Virus record (IMG/VR): IMGVR_UViG_2703718817_000011
Length of the DNA stretch: 15,650 bases
Source of the DNA: a virus
Lineage: Duplodnaviria > Heunggongvirae > Uroviricota > Caudoviricetes
Strand: one strand, 5' to 3'
The position numbers and the translations under genes are program-made. Of this stretch, positions 14,433 to 15,650 are shown piece by piece (within the stretch, counting starts at the first letter, position 1; the number at the start of each line of letters is the position of its first letter). The notes beneath the pieces were generated by a model that worked only from the letters and a program-made list of their open reading frames with translations, was not told where the DNA came from and made no database searches.

Positions 14433-15650
14433 TTATTTTATTCTGGTTACTGGTAGCGTGGTTACGTTTTCATGTGTTCCCGCCAGTATCTCCAACCGCT
14501 CCACCCACATATCAAGCGCATTGCGTTTCGCATCAATATAGCGGGAATGGTTGTACACGCGTTGCATTCCTGGCATCTGGTGGCCTGTAAGCTGCTCCAC
14601 GACGTGAGGATCAACGCCTAAATCGTTCAGCATGGTTGTAAAGGTGCGCCGGATGTCATGCAATGACCATTGAGGGTGTTTTAGCCTCCTGTGCGCTAAT
14701 CTGCCGTACTGCGATACGCTAGCCTCCTGTTTCACTTCCCCCAGTAATAAGCCCGTGTGCCTGTTCTGGTCCACCAGCCGCGTGACGAACGGCAGGATCG
14801 CTTCCGGTATGGGCCGGAATATTGCAACCTTCGTTTTGCTGTGCTCCTTCGGAACGGTCCATAGCATTTCGGTAAAATCCCACTCGCTGATCTCCGATAA
14901 CCTCAGTTCTACCGTCCTGGCTCCGAAGACAATCAGGAGGCGGATTAACGCGACGTAGTAAGGAGAAAATATTTTTTTATCCAGCGCCTGCAATAACTCG
15001 CCCAGTTCTTTGGTGCTTAAGACACGTTCGCTTATATCCGGTTTTTTCCCAACGTCCGCCACGTTCAGATCATCGAGAACGTTGCTGATTGCAAAGCGCC
15101 GCCTCCGGCAGAACTTAAGCGCCTGCTTGCATGTCTGTAGCACGAATCCGGCAGTAACAGGTGTTCGCTTTGCCACCTGGTCAAAACAGGCCAGCCAGTG
15201 CCGTAGCTCGCATTTATCCAGCGGCATAGCGCCAATGTACTGTATTACGTGATTATTAAGTCGCCTTTTCAGGGCGATATAATCCACGCGGTTTTCCTTT
15301 ACGTACGACTCAAGCCAGTAGGTGAGCGCATCGCCAACCGTTACCGGCTTTAACGCTTCCTGTACGGCGTAATTCATCTCATGGCGTGGATTTTTCCCCT
15401 CCGCCAGCCATGCGCGACACTGGGCGGCTTTTTCCCTGGCTGCTTTCAGGCTCAGATCAGGATAATTTCCCAGCTTAATACGTTCCGGTCGTGTCTCTCT
15501 TCCCGTTCCTGCCCTGTAAGTGAAATACCAGGTTAATTTCCCTGATGTTAAATATTTCACGCTCAGATTTCCGCCATCGCTATAAAACGTGTTTTTCTCC
15601 GCTGGCTTACCATGAAGTTTCCTTAGCAAGGTATCGCTCAGTTTGTTCAT
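14433..15650 (-). CDS. int: Tyrosine-type site-specific integrase (phage/P4-like family)
   Basis: 405-aa ORF whose start codon is the last three bases of the window; C-terminal catalytic signature HDIRRT ... H ... Y and an N-terminal arm-binding-like domain. Confidence 0.9.
   Translation of the reverse strand: MNKLSDTLLRKLHGKPAEKNTFYSDGGNLSVKYLTSGKLTWYFTYRAGTGRETRPERIKLGNYPDLSLKAAREKAAQCRAWLAEGKNPRHEMNYAVQEALKPVTVGDALTYWLESYVKENRVDYIALKRRLNNHVIQYIGAMPLDKCELRHWLACFDQVAKRTPVTAGFVLQTCKQALKFCRRRRFAISNVLDDLNVADVGKKPDISERVLSTKELGELLQALDKKIFSPYYVALIRLLIVFGARTVELRLSEISEWDFTEMLWTVPKEHSKTKVAIFRPIPEAILPFVTRLVDQNRHTGLLLGEVKQEASVSQYGRLAHRRLKHPQWSLHDIRRTFTTMLNDLGVDPHVVEQLTGHQMPGMQRVYNHSRYIDAKRNALDMWVERLEILAGTHENVTTLPVTRIK

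Larger units (their letters stand above)
139..15650. mobile_element. Integrated tail-less phage satellite (capsid-forming PICI-like); left junction inside tqsA, right boundary beyond window end
   Basis: Contiguous minus-strand set int, alpA, replication genes, SSB, perC-like, capsid, protease, portal, connectors, HNH, terS, terL with many ATGA-type overlapping stop/start codons; no tail or lysis genes; host tqsA reading frame diverges after about codon 46. Confidence 0.6.

Noticed and set aside
1-15650. CRISPR arrays, tRNA or rRNA genes, insertion sequences
   Set aside because: No regularly spaced identical repeats with unique spacers, no cloverleaf-like tRNA candidates and no transposase-like ORFs; the repeats found are short phased binding-site-like arrays and iterons.

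Overview
Almost the whole window reads as one integrated mobile element: a compact, tail-less phage satellite inserted into the 5' part of the host gene tqsA (left junction near nt 139). From right to left on the minus strand it carries a tyrosine integrase (start codon at the window edge), an AlpA-like regulator, a P4-like replication/accessory operon (Icd-like protein, small unknown ORFs, AAA_25 replication ATPase, iteron-type origin, SSB, PerC-like regulator) and a complete HK97-type head/packaging module (capsid, prohead protease, portal, head closure, gp6-like connector, HNH endonuclease, TerS, TerL). No tail, tape-measure, baseplate or lysis genes are present between the tqsA junction and int. 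The most likely reading is a capsid-forming phage-inducible chromosomal island (cf-PICI-like) that makes its own small capsids and needs a helper phage for tails. The main unexplained content is a pair of diverged ribbon-helix-helix plus small-protein modules on the opposite strand, each carrying a near-identical 44-nt hairpin element, and a family of 10-bp-phased direct-repeat arrays at five loci. All protein-family calls are from reading the translations and recalling family hallmarks; no database search was run. Coordinates were checked by hand against the ORF track.
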